A stretch of 64,000 bases of DNA from Escherichia coli (GTDB lineage: Bacteria; Pseudomonadota; Gammaproteobacteria; Enterobacterales; Enterobacteriaceae): assembly GCF_003334405.1 (NCBI RefSeq), contig NZ_QOWM01000002.1; one strand, 5' to 3'. The translations under genes and the position numbers were made by a program. A model generated the notes under the pieces. It was not told where the DNA came from, did no database searches, and saw only the letters and a program-made list of their open reading frames with translations. Positions 1 to 10,223 of this stretch are shown here, piece by piece. Position 1 is the stretch's first letter. Each line of letters begins with the position of its first letter.

Positions 1-318
1 CGATTGCATATTGCGGTCGCTGACTAAAACAATCCCCATGTCAGTACTTGCAAGATAGTCAATCCAGTCTTTTTCAAGGAATAGACGTAAAAAACTTACT
101 GAAAAATCGACAAAAATATATCCGCTTAATCTCGCATTGTGGTTTTTTGTTAAGATACCTTCTACCACACCACGATTAAAATATGAACTTTCTTCGGGCC
201 ACATACAAAAACACGAGTTTGCGCAATACTGCAAACGCGGTGACTCTTCTGGCATTATTTGGCAATGCATTGAGCAACTATTGCATGTAAGACTTTTATA
301 ACGACTACAAAGCCCCAT
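1..318 (-). CDS. yqeH: Uncharacterized protein YqeH, N-terminal part (gene runs off the window start)
   Basis: Minus-strand ATG at 318-316 with GGAGG 6-10 nt upstream; frame stays open to position 1 (translation MGLCSRYKSLTCNSCSMHCQIMPEE...). Not in the ORF track because no stop lies in the window. Position after yqeG matches K-12 gene order. Confidence 0.55.
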   Translation of the reverse strand, partial: MGLCSRYKSLTCNSCSMHCQIMPEESPRLQYCANSCFCMWPEESSYFNRGVVEGILTKNHNARLSGYIFVDFSVSFLRLFLEKDWIDYLASTDMGIVLVSDRNMQS

Positions 319-777
319 GTTAAGAACCTCCCTATCCGTATATAATTGCATAATTTCATTGGTTATTGATGATGTCAATACACCATGATTTTGTAATTTT
401 GCCGGGAAAAATTGCGATTAATCTGTATTTGCTATAATTCTGAGTAAGGCATTTAAAAATGCATTTCTCGTTATCAAATATGATTATGTTTCACTGATTT
501 AATCTTGCATGGTTGAGAGCGGTCCAGATAACTATCTCATGGTATAAGAATATCTATATCGCAAATTGTTTTTGAATGACCAGAAGATATCTTGCGAATC
601 TAAGTTATGCATCTTAAATAGTCTTATTTAAGATGTTCAGATCTCTTTGTGTGTTTAACTAACTGATAATACTAGGATATGACGAGAGAAGTGATAGAGT
701 GGAATAATAACAAATGAATATTATGAAAAATGGAATGGTTCAAAATTGTAGCAATTTTGAACCATCCACAACTGATA

Positions 778-2007
778 TTAGCTAAAGAACATTACCGATA
801 CGCACAGGATACCCACGATCAGCGTAATCAGATTTCCGATGGAACGCCAGGGTTTAAGCGCCGGGATGAGATACGTTGACAGCGTAGGCATGATGAAAAG
901 TATCATGGCAATGAGCGGGCCGCTGATCGCGTAAATCATCGAAATCGCGTTCGGGTTAATGCAACAAACAATGAAGGTAATCAGCGATACCAACATAATT
1001 GATAGTGCGCGGTTAAATGCACGACTTTTCTTTACACCAACCTGCTGTAGTGTTGTTTTGACGACCTCTGTGGCACCTTCAATAACGCCAAAGTACGTAC
1101 CCAGGAATGATTTCGACATCGCAACTACTGCGACAATAATCCCGGAAATTGACAACCATGCTGGGGCGTTCGGCAGCATAGAAAGCGCCGATAAAATGGT
1201 GACCCCTTCTTCTTTAGCAGCTTCAATATACGAAGGTGGAATAGAAAGCAGGCAGCTAAAGACAAAGAACAGTACACTTATGCAGATGATGAGATAAGCG
1301 ACTTTCATAATTTTTTTGCATTTATCCATAGCGTGTTCGCCATATTTTTCACGTCTGTCTATGGCAAACGTAGAAATAATGGGCGTATGGCTAAAGGCGA
1401 AAACCATCACGGGAATCGATATCCATATCTGGTGAAGGGTATTCTGATTGAACTCTACCTGGGTTGTTAATAGATCAGGTTGCCAACTACCGACAAGGTA
1501 AATGGAAAGAAATAAGAAATAGGCAATCAATGGGAATACCAAAAATCCCATTACCCGAATAGTGGCATGACGTCCCATCAGAAAAATGAGATTCAGAATT
1601 AATACAACACCCAGACTCACCAACATACGGATGCGAAGATCAATAACCATATGCTTTGCCAGCTGTTCCGTAAGTGAGTTGGTAATTGCCACTGCATATA
1701 TCAACACGACGACAAAAAAGGCGATGAAGTACAGCGTGGTAATCAGATTACCAATCTTCTTGCTATAGTAGTGTGTTACCGCGCCCGTTATCCCTTCACC
1801 TGCTGATGTTTTTGATGAGAGGATGAACTGGCACAAGGCTTTATGTGGCCAATATGTTAAAGGCCAGGCGACCAGAGCAGTAATAAACAGGACCACAGCC
1901 CCTGCCGAACCTAACTGAATAGGAAGGAAGAGCGTGCCTGCACCAACGGCTGTGCCGTAGAGCGCGAAACTCCACAGAGTTTCTTCTTTAGACCAAATAT
2001 TAGACAT
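778..2007 (-). CDS. yqeG: Putative amino-acid transporter, HAAAP family (SdaC/TdcC-like)
   Basis: 409-aa ORF, polytopic hydrophobic profile, clear homology to SdaC encoded in this window (58116-59405); lower GC than neighbours. Confidence 0.85.
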   Translation of the reverse strand: MSNIWSKEETLWSFALYGTAVGAGTLFLPIQLGSAGAVVLFITALVAWPLTYWPHKALCQFILSSKTSAGEGITGAVTHYYSKKIGNLITTLYFIAFFVVVLIYAVAITNSLTEQLAKHMVIDLRIRMLVSLGVVLILNLIFLMGRHATIRVMGFLVFPLIAYFLFLSIYLVGSWQPDLLTTQVEFNQNTLHQIWISIPVMVFAFSHTPIISTFAIDRREKYGEHAMDKCKKIMKVAYLIICISVLFFVFSCLLSIPPSYIEAAKEEGVTILSALSMLPNAPAWLSISGIIVAVVAMSKSFLGTYFGVIEGATEVVKTTLQQVGVKKSRAFNRALSIMLVSLITFIVCCINPNAISMIYAISGPLIAMILFIMPTLSTYLIPALKPWRSIGNLITLIVGILCVSVMFFS

Positions 2008-2261
2008 TATCTGAACGTATCATCTACAAATTAAACAAAATGGAGGGCAATTTACCATAAACCAGGTTAAGTATGGGAGATTAACGCCCTATCTACCCCT
2101 CTATTGGTGGGTTAGTGGTTGCAAACCTTACGTGCCAGTTATGTCTCTGACTGCTGCTCAGGCATATTTCCTTTGTGATAAAAATCACTTTTTTTAAACA
2201 ATTAAGATAACTGTAATTAACAATCATTTACTATTGCACTGTTAATTGGTGCGAGGTTGTG

Positions 2262-3443
2262 ATGAAAGACGTTGTGATTGTCGGGGCGTTACGGACACCT
2301 ATCGGCTGCTTTCGTGGTGCGTTAGCGGGTCATTCCGCCGTGGAACTTGGTAGTCTGGTCGTGAAAGCGTTAATAGAACGTACCGGCGTTCCTGCATATG
2401 CGGTGGATGAAGTAATTCTTGGTCAGGTGTTGACTGCAGGGGCAGGGCAGAATCCGGCAAGGCAATCGGCTATTAAAGGTGGTCTGCCTAATAGCGTTTC
2501 TGCAATCACTATTAATGACGTTTGCGGTTCCGGGCTTAAAGCACTGCATCTGGCTACTCAGGCGATACAGTGTGGCGAGGCTGATATTGTCATCGCCGGT
2601 GGCCAGGAAAACATGAGCCGCGCACCACATGTTCTGACTGATAGCCGCACCGGTGCACAGCTTGGCAATAGCCAGTTGGTTGACAGTCTTGTGCATGATG
2701 GGTTGTGGGATGCCTTCAATGATTATCATATTGGTGTCACCGCCGAAAATCTGGCTCGCGAATATGGCATCAGCCGTCAGTTGCAGGATGCTTACGCACT
2801 TAGCTCGCAACAAAAAGCGCGAGCGGCGATTGACGCCGGACGATTTAAAGATGAGATCGTCCCGGTAATGACCCAAAGTAACGGGCAGACGTTGGTTGTT
2901 GATACCGATGAACAGCCACGCACTGACGCCAGCGCAGAAGGCTTAGCCCGTTTAAATCCTTCATTTGATAGTCTCGGTTCTGTGACAGCGGGTAATGCAT
3001 CATCCATAAACGATGGCGCAGCTGCGGTAATGATGATGAGCGAAGCCAAAGCACGAGCGTTGAATTTACCCGTGCTGGCCCGCATTCGCGCATTTGCCAG
3101 CGTTGGTGTAGATCCGGCATTGATGGGAATTGCGCCGGTGTATGCGACCCGCCGTTGCCTGGAGCGTGTAGGCTGGCAGTTGGCTGAAGTCGATCTTATC
3201 GAGGCTAATGAAGCGTTTGCTGCACAGGCGCTTTCGGTTGGCAAGATGCTTGAGTGGGATGAGCGTCGGGTCAATGTCAATGGTGGCGCGATCGCACTCG
3301 GTCACCCGATAGGCGCTTCCGGTTGCCGAATCCTGGTTTCTCTGGTTCATGAAATGGTGAAACGTAATGCCCGCAAAGGACTGGCAACGCTTTGTATCGG
3401 CGGGGGCCAGGGTGTGGCATTGACCATTGAACGTGACGAATAG
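2262..3443 (+). CDS. yqeF: Acetyl-CoA C-acetyltransferase (thiolase family)
   Basis: 393 aa from ATG 2262 (track ORF starts 1 codon earlier at GTG); thiolase motifs NDVCGSGLKA (active Cys) and C-terminal CIGGGQG. Confidence 0.9.
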   Translation: MKDVVIVGALRTPIGCFRGALAGHSAVELGSLVVKALIERTGVPAYAVDEVILGQVLTAGAGQNPARQSAIKGGLPNSVSAITINDVCGSGLKALHLATQAIQCGEADIVIAGGQENMSRAPHVLTDSRTGAQLGNSQLVDSLVHDGLWDAFNDYHIGVTAENLAREYGISRQLQDAYALSSQQKARAAIDAGRFKDEIVPVMTQSNGQTLVVDTDEQPRTDASAEGLARLNPSFDSLGSVTAGNASSINDGAAAVMMMSEAKARALNLPVLARIRAFASVGVDPALMGIAPVYATRRCLERVGWQLAEVDLIEANEAFAAQALSVGKMLEWDERRVNVNGGAIALGHPIGASGCRILVSLVHEMVKRNARKGLATLCIGGGQGVALTIERDE

Positions 3444-3600
3444 CTCTGCATTTCCTCCTTACCGATAAATATCTGCCGTCATTAATCTGTTGAATAATGA
3501 TGGCTGGCAAGTCGACATACATTTTCTGGGCTCCCTCATTTTTCCATTCTCATGACATATTCGTGATCGACACTGCACTTTTTTTAATCCTTAACTTAAA

Positions 3601-3686
3601 AATGAAACATTGTTTTATTTTTAATTGAAAACCCTAGCCCATGGGCATATCATCCCTTTATAGAGAAAACGAAACAGTGTTTCACT
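3601..3686. promoter_or_regulatory. Two KdgR-type operator palindromes upstream of kduI (AATGAAACATTGTTTTATT at 3601-3619; AAACGAAACAGTGTTTCACT at 3667-3686)
   Basis: Near-perfect inverted repeats built on GAAACA..TGTTTC half-sites, 50-130 bp upstream of the kduI start; matches the known KdgR operator type for pectin/hexuronate genes. Confidence 0.55.
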
Positions 3687-3729
3687 ATCGTTTTCTATTT
3701 TCACGCTTTACTGATTATCGGAGGTTGAT

Positions 3730-4566
3730 GTGGACGTAAGACAGAGCATCCACAGTGCGCACGCAAAAACGCTGGATACCCAAGGGCTGCGCAATGAATT
3801 TTTGGTTGAAAAGGTATTTGTCGCCGATGAGTACACCATGGTTTACAGCCACATTGACCGAATTATTGTTGGCGGCATTATGCCGATAACTAAAACGGTT
3901 TCCGTTGGCGGGGAAGTTGGTAAACAACTCGGCGTAAGCTATTTCCTTGAACGTCGCGAGTTAGGTGTTATCAATATTGGCGGTGCCGGTACGATTACTG
4001 TCGATGGCCAATGCTATGAAATCGGTCACCGCGACGCCCTGTATGTTGGTAAAGGTGCAAAAGAAGTTGTCTTTGCCAGTATTGATACCGGCACTCCGGC
4101 GAAGTTTTATTACAATTGCGCACCCGCGCATACGACGTATCCCACCAAAAAAGTCACACCGGACGAAGTATCTCCAGTCACGTTAGGCGATAACCTCACC
4201 AGTAACCGTCGCACGATTAACAAATATTTTGTCCCGGATGTACTGGAAACCTGCCAATTGAGTATGGGGCTGACGGAGCTGGCTCCGGGTAACTTGTGGA
4301 ACACCATGCCGTGTCACACCCACGAGCGCCGGATGGAAGTTTATTTCTATTTCAATATGGATGATGACGCCTGCGTTTTCCACATGATGGGGCAGCCGCA
4401 AGAAACGCGTCATATTGTGATGCATAACGAGCAGGCGGTGATCTCCCCGAGCTGGTCGATCCATTCCGGTGTCGGAACCAAAGCTTATACCTTTATCTGG
4501 GGCATGGTCGGTGAAAACCAGGTCTTTGATGATATGGACCATGTGGCCGTTAAAGATTTGCGCTAG
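3730..4566 (+). CDS. kduI: 4-deoxy-L-threo-5-hexosulose-uronate ketol-isomerase (5-keto-4-deoxyuronate isomerase)
   Basis: 278 aa, GTG start 3730 preceded by GGAGG; full-length match to KduI cupin family. Confidence 0.93.
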
Positions 4567-4595
4567 TTGTGGGCATAAACGAATAAGGTATTGTT

Positions 4596-5357
4596 ATGAT
4601 TTTAAGTGCATTTTCTCTCGAAGGTAAAGTTGCGGTCGTCACTGGTTGTGATACTGGACTGGGTCAGGGGATGGCGTTGGGGCTGGCGCAAGCGGGCTGT
4701 GACATTGTTGGCATTAACATCGTTGAACCGACTGAAACCATCGAGCAGGTCACAGCGCTGGGGCGTCGTTTTTTAAGCCTGACCGCCGATCTGCGAAAGA
4801 TTGATGGTATTCCAGCACTGCTGGATCGCGCGGTAGCGGAGTTTGGTCATATTGATATCCTGGTGAATAACGCCGGATTGATTCGCCGCGAAGATGCTCT
4901 CGAGTTCAGCGAAAAGGACTGGGACGATGTCATGAACCTGAATATCAAGAGCGTATTCTTCATGTCTCAGGCAGCGGCGAAACACTTTATCGCGCAAGGC
5001 AATGGCGGCAAGATTATCAATATCGCGTCAATGCTCTCCTTCCAGGGCGGGATCCGTGTGCCTTCTTATACCGCATCAAAAAGCGGCGTGATGGGTGTGA
5101 CGCGATTGATGGCGAACGAATGGGCTAAACACAACATTAATGTTAATGCGATAGCCCCGGGTTACATGGCGACCAACAATACTCAACAACTACGGGCAGA
5201 TGAACAACGTAGCGCGGAAATTCTCGACCGCATTCCAGCTGGTCGTTGGGGACTGCCGAGTGACCTGATGGGGCCGATAGTGTTCCTTGCCTCCAGCGCT
5301 TCAGATTATGTGAATGGTTATACCATTGCCGTGGATGGCGGTTGGCTGGCGCGTTAA
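4596..5357 (+). CDS. kduD: 2-dehydro-3-deoxy-D-gluconate 5-dehydrogenase (SDR family)
   Basis: 253 aa, Rossmann motif TGCDTGLGQG, SDR catalytic YxxxK (YTASK); 29 bp after kduI, so likely co-transcribed. Confidence 0.93.
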   Translation: MILSAFSLEGKVAVVTGCDTGLGQGMALGLAQAGCDIVGINIVEPTETIEQVTALGRRFLSLTADLRKIDGIPALLDRAVAEFGHIDILVNNAGLIRREDALEFSEKDWDDVMNLNIKSVFFMSQAAAKHFIAQGNGGKIINIASMLSFQGGIRVPSYTASKSGVMGVTRLMANEWAKHNINVNAIAPGYMATNNTQQLRADEQRSAEILDRIPAGRWGLPSDLMGPIVFLASSASDYVNGYTIAVDGGWLAR

Positions 5358-5379
5358 TTCATTCTTCTTACTTTTATGA

Positions 5380-5404
5380 CCCTGCCGCATGGCAGGGTTT
5401 TTTA
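5380..5404 (+). terminator. Rho-independent terminator after kduD
   Basis: Stem CCCTGCC/GGCAGGG with loop GCAT followed by a 7-T run. Confidence 0.7.
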
Positions 5405-5671
5405 TACCTGTAGATCATCATAATCCATATCATGGTTATGAAATAATCCATATTAATTATCAATTAATGAACTTTATGAATTTTATCTGCTGTAAAATTA
5501 GGTGGTTAATAATAATCTCAATAATTCAACTTAATTTGAAAATTGGAATATCCATCACATAACGACATGTCGCAGCAATTTAATCCATATTTATGCTGTT
5601 TCCGACCTGACACCTGCGTGAGTTGTTCACGTATTTTTTCACTATGTCTTACTCTCTGCTGGCAGGAAAAA

Positions 5672-7090
5672 ATGGTTACTATCAATACGGAATCTGCTTT
5701 AACGCCACGTTCTTTGCGGGATACGCGGCGTATGAATATGTTTGTTTCGGTAGCTGCTGCGGTCGCAGGATTGTTATTTGGTCTTGATATCGGCGTAATC
5801 GCCGGAGCGTTGCCGTTCATTACCGATCACTTTGTGCTGACCAGTCGTTTGCAGGAATGGGTGGTTAGTAGCATGATGCTCGGTGCAGCAATTGGTGCGC
5901 TGTTTAATGGTTGGCTGTCGTTCCGCCTGGGGCGTAAATACAGCCTGATGGCGGGGGCCATCCTGTTTGTACTCGGTTCTATAGGGTCCGCTTTTGCGAC
6001 CAGCGTAGAGATGTTAATCGCCGCTCGTGTGGTGCTGGGCATTGCTGTCGGGATCGCGTCTTACACCGCTCCTCTGTATCTTTCTGAAATGGCAAGTGAA
6101 AACGTTCGCGGTAAGATGATCAGTATGTACCAGTTGATGGTCACACTCGGCATCGTGCTGGCGTTTTTATCCGATACAGCGTTCAGTTATAGCGGTAACT
6201 GGCGCGCAATGTTGGGGGTTCTTGCTTTACCAGCAGTTCTGCTGATTATTCTGGTAGTCTTCCTGCCAAATAGCCCGCGCTGGCTGGCGGAAAAGGGGCG
6301 TCATATTGAGGCGGAAGAAGTATTGCGTATGCTGCGCGATACGTCGGAAAAAGCGCGAGAAGAACTCAACGAAATTCGTGAAAGCCTGAAGTTAAAACAG
6401 GGCGGTTGGGCACTGTTTAAGATCAACCGTAACGTCCGTCGTGCTGTGTTTCTCGGTATGTTGTTGCAGGCGATGCAGCAGTTTACCGGTATGAACATCA
6501 TCATGTACTACGCGCCGCGTATCTTCAAAATGGCGGGCTTTACGACCACAGAACAACAGATGATTGCGACTCTGGTCGTAGGGCTGACCTTTATGTTCGC
6601 CACCTTTATTGCGGTGTTTACGGTAGATAAAGCAGGGCGTAAACCGGCTCTGAAAATTGGTTTCAGCGTGATGGCGTTAGGCACTCTGGTGCTGGGCTAT
6701 TGCCTGATGCAGTTTGATAACGGTACGGCTTCCAGTGGCTTGTCCTGGCTCTCTGTTGGCATGACGATGATGTGTATTGCCGGTTATGCGATGAGCGCCG
6801 CGCCAGTGGTGTGGATCCTGTGCTCTGAAATTCAGCCGCTGAAATGCCGCGATTTCGGTATTACCTGTTCGACCACCACGAACTGGGTGTCGAATATGAT
6901 TATCGGCGCGACCTTCCTGACACTGCTTGATAGCATTGGCGCTGCCGGTACGTTCTGGCTCTACACTGCGCTGAACATTGCGTTTGTGGGCATTACTTTC
7001 TGGCTCATTCCGGAAACCAAAAATGTCACGCTGGAACATATCGAACGCAAACTGATGGCAGGCGAGAAGTTGAGAAATATCGGCGTCTGA
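5672..7090 (+). CDS. araE: Arabinose:H+ symporter (MFS sugar porter)
   Basis: 472 aa from ATG 5672 ([13 protein letters not shown]...); the track ORF starts 43 codons upstream at TTG 5543, which I take as spurious. MFS sugar-transporter signature. Confidence 0.93.
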
Positions 7091-7096
7091 TTTCAC

Positions 7097-7129
7097 GGGC
7101 CGGATGTGCTGTACATCCGGCCCTTTTTT
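7097..7129 (+). terminator. Rho-independent terminator after araE
   Basis: Perfect 11-bp stem GGGCCGGATGT/ACATCCGGCCC, 5-nt loop, then TTTTTT. Confidence 0.8.
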
Positions 7130-7218
7130 CGTTAATAGAGATTGGGCACTTGGCCGTTGAGGCGTTTGTCTCGTTCCTTATTCAGCCTTGTTGCGGTAAC
7201 ACACATCAGGAGAGAGGA

Positions 7219-7911
7219 ATGAAAACAATTGGTTTGCTGGGAGGAATGAGCTGGGAATCCACCATTCCTTACTATCGTTTGATAAATGAAGGCATTAAAC
7301 AGCGGCTTGGTGGGCTTCACTCTGCGCAAGTGCTGCTACATAGCGTCGATTTTCATGAAATAGAAGAGTGCCAGCGTCGCGGGGAATGGGATAAAACCGG
7401 GGACATTCTGGCTGAGGCGGCGCTTGGCTTACAGCGGGCGGGCGCAGAAGGTATTGTGTTATGTACCAATACGATGCATAAAGTGGCGGATGCCATTGAG
7501 TCACGTTGCACTCTGCCTTTCTTACACATTGCGGATGCCACCGGACGTGCAATTACCGGGGCCGGAATGACTCGTGTGGCGCTGCTGGGTACGCGTTACA
7601 CCATGGAACAGGATTTTTATCGCGGGCGGCTGACGGAACAATTTTCCATCAATTGTCTTATTCCTGAAGCGGATGAACGGGCGAAAATTAATCAGATTAT
7701 TTTTGAAGAACTGTGTCTGGGGCAATTTACCGAAGCGTCACGCGCTTATTATGCGCAAGTGATTGCTCGCCTTGCAGAACAGGGCGCACAGGGCGTCATT
7801 TTTGGCTGCACAGAAATTGGTTTACTGGTGCCAGAAGAGCGCAGTGTTTTGCCTGTGTTTGATACCGCGGCGATCCATGCCGAGGATGCTGTCGCTTTTA
7901 TGCTGTCGTAG
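7219..7911 (+). CDS. ygeA: Amino-acid racemase (Asp/Glu/hydantoin racemase family)
   Basis: 230 aa from ATG 7219 with AGGAG RBS ([15 protein letters not shown]...); track ORF is N-terminally extended. Confidence 0.88.
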
Positions 7912-8833
7912 CTGACGACAAAATAGCGTCAAGAGAAGTGACCAGTTTCGGTAACCCCGCTTGTAAATGCCCACTAAACGCCTGAACCAGCGCTGATGAC
8001 GGGCGGTGCAGGGGGCGGATCAGGCTGACGGTGAACGGAACCGCAATACTGAACCGCCGCACCACTAAACCGCTTGCCGCATAATCTAGTGCGGTGAGCG
8101 GGTTAACCACCGAAACACCTACCCCCGCCCGTACCATTGCGCAGACTGACGCGGCGTTGTGGGTTTCTACGATCATGCGTCGTTTAACCTGATGTTCAGT
8201 AAATAGCTGATCCAGCAACTGGCGATAGCTGTCAGTACGGGAAAGGCTGATGTAGTTCTCACCCTGAAAATCATCCGGCGTTAATACCTTTTTTACCGCC
8301 AGCGGATGACCCGGAGGTAACACACACACTTCATCTAAAGAGAGTAATTCGGTACGTTCTGTTCCCGCAGGCGTATGGAGCGTTTCAGTGAGTCCTAAAT
8401 CATGACGCTGGGCCGAGAGCCACTCTTCAAGTAGCGGTGATTCCTGGGGCACGATATTTAAGCTGACATCGGGATAACGTGCCAGAAAGGGTTGCAGGAG
8501 CTGCGGTAAAAAAGATTGCGAAAAGACCGGCAGGCAGGCAATAGACAGTTCTCCCTGGCGAAACTCGCGCAGACTTTCTGCGGCGCTGACAATGCGATCC
8601 AGTCCGTACCAGGATCGTTGCACTTCTTCAAACAGACGCAGTCCTTGCACGGTAGGATGTAATCGCCCACGTACGCGCTCAAACAATTTCAGCCCGATCA
8701 CCTTCTCAAAGCGCGCAAGTTCGCGGCTGACGGTTGGCTGTGAGGTGTGTAGCAGGTGTGCCGCCTCAGTCAGGCTTCCGGCGGTCATTACCGCATGAAA
8801 AATTTCAATATGACGTAAGTTAACGGCGGCCAT
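7898..8833 (-). CDS. lysR: LysR transcriptional activator of lysA (LTTR family)
   Basis: 311 aa; N-terminal LTTR HTH ([34 protein letters not shown]); divergent from lysA; 3' end overlaps ygeA by 14 bp. Confidence 0.93.
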
Positions 8834-8954
8834 TAGCGCTCTCTCGCAATCCGGTAATCCATATCATTTTTGCATAGACTCGACATAAATCGATATTTTT
8901 TATTCTTTTTATGATGTGGCGTAATCATAAAAAAGCACTTATCTGGAGTTTGTT

Positions 8955-10217
8955 ATGCCACATTCACTGTTCAGCACCGATACCGATCTCACCGCCGAAA
9001 ATCTGCTGCGTTTGCCCGCTGAATTTGGCTGCCCGGTGTGGGTCTACGATGCGCAAATTATTCGTCGGCAGATTGCAGCGCTGAAACAGTTTGATGTGGT
9101 GCGCTTTGCACAGAAAGCCTGTTCCAATATTCATATTTTGCGCTTAATGCGTGAGCAGGGCGTGAAAGTGGATTCCGTCTCGTTAGGCGAAATAGAGCGT
9201 GCGTTGGCGGCGGGTTACAATCCGCAAACGCACCCCGATGATATTGTTTTTACGGCAGATGTTATCGATCAGGCGACGCTTGAACGCGTCAGTGAATTGC
9301 AAATTCCGGTGAATGCGGGTTCTGTTGATATGCTCGACCAACTGGGCCAGGTTTCGCCAGGGCATCGGGTATGGCTGCGCGTTAATCCGGGGTTTGGTCA
9401 CGGACATAGCCAAAAAACCAATACCGGTGGCGAAAACAGCAAGCACGGTATCTGGTACACCGATCTGCCCGCCGCACTGGACGTGATACAACGTCATCAT
9501 CTGCAGCTGGTCGGCATTCACATGCACATTGGTTCTGGCGTTGATTATGCCCATCTGGAACAGGTGTGTGGTGCTATGGTGCGTCAGGTCATCGAATTCG
9601 GTCAGGATTTACAGGCTATTTCTGCGGGCGGTGGGCTTTCTGTTCCTTATCAACAGGGTGAAGAGGCGGTTGATACCGAACATTATTATGGTCTGTGGAA
9701 TGCCGCGCGTGAGCAAATCGCCCGCCATTTGGGCCACCCTGTGAAACTGGAAATTGAACCGGGTCGCTTCCTGGTAGCGCAGTCTGGCGTATTAATTACT
9801 CAGGTGCGGAGCGTCAAACAAATGGGGAGCCGCCACTTTGTGCTGGTTGATGCCGGGTTCAACGATCTGATGCGCCCGGCAATGTACGGTAGTTACCACC
9901 ATATCAGTGCCCTGGCAGCTGATGGTCGTTCTCTGGAACACGCGCCAACGGTGGAAACCGTCGTCGCCGGACCGTTATGTGAATCGGGCGATGTCTTTAC
10001 CCAGCAGGAAGGGGGAAATGTTGAAACCCGCGCCTTGCCGGAAGTGAAGGCAGGTGATTATCTGGTACTGCATGATACAGGGGCATATGGCGCATCAATG
10101 TCATCCAACTACAATAGCCGTCCGCTGTTACCAGAAGTTCTGTTTGATAATGGTCAGGCGCGGTTGATTCGCCGTCGCCAGACCATCGAAGAATTACTGG
10201 CGCTGGAATTGCTTTAA
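8955..10217 (+). CDS. lysA: Diaminopimelate decarboxylase
   Basis: 420 aa; PLP-dependent Orn/DAP/Arg decarboxylase fold; divergent from lysR. Confidence 0.94.
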   Translation: MPHSLFSTDTDLTAENLLRLPAEFGCPVWVYDAQIIRRQIAALKQFDVVRFAQKACSNIHILRLMREQGVKVDSVSLGEIERALAAGYNPQTHPDDIVFTADVIDQATLERVSELQIPVNAGSVDMLDQLGQVSPGHRVWLRVNPGFGHGHSQKTNTGGENSKHGIWYTDLPAALDVIQRHHLQLVGIHMHIGSGVDYAHLEQVCGAMVRQVIEFGQDLQAISAGGGLSVPYQQGEEAVDTEHYYGLWNAAREQIARHLGHPVKLEIEPGRFLVAQSGVLITQVRSVKQMGSRHFVLVDAGFNDLMRPAMYGSYHHISALAADGRSLEHAPTVETVVAGPLCESGDVFTQQEGGNVETRALPEVKAGDYLVLHDTGAYGASMSSNYNSRPLLPEVLFDNGQARLIRRRQTIEELLALELL

Positions 10218-10223
10218 CTGCGG

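Noticed and set aside
5543-5671. N-terminally extended starts in the ORF track (araE at 5543; similarly ygeA 7150, ppdB 23898, amiC 38754, argA 38678, csdA 44333, fucK 50196, xni 56669, recB 31842)
   Set aside because: Internal starts have proper RBS spacing and give the known family lengths; the extensions run through promoter or terminator DNA.
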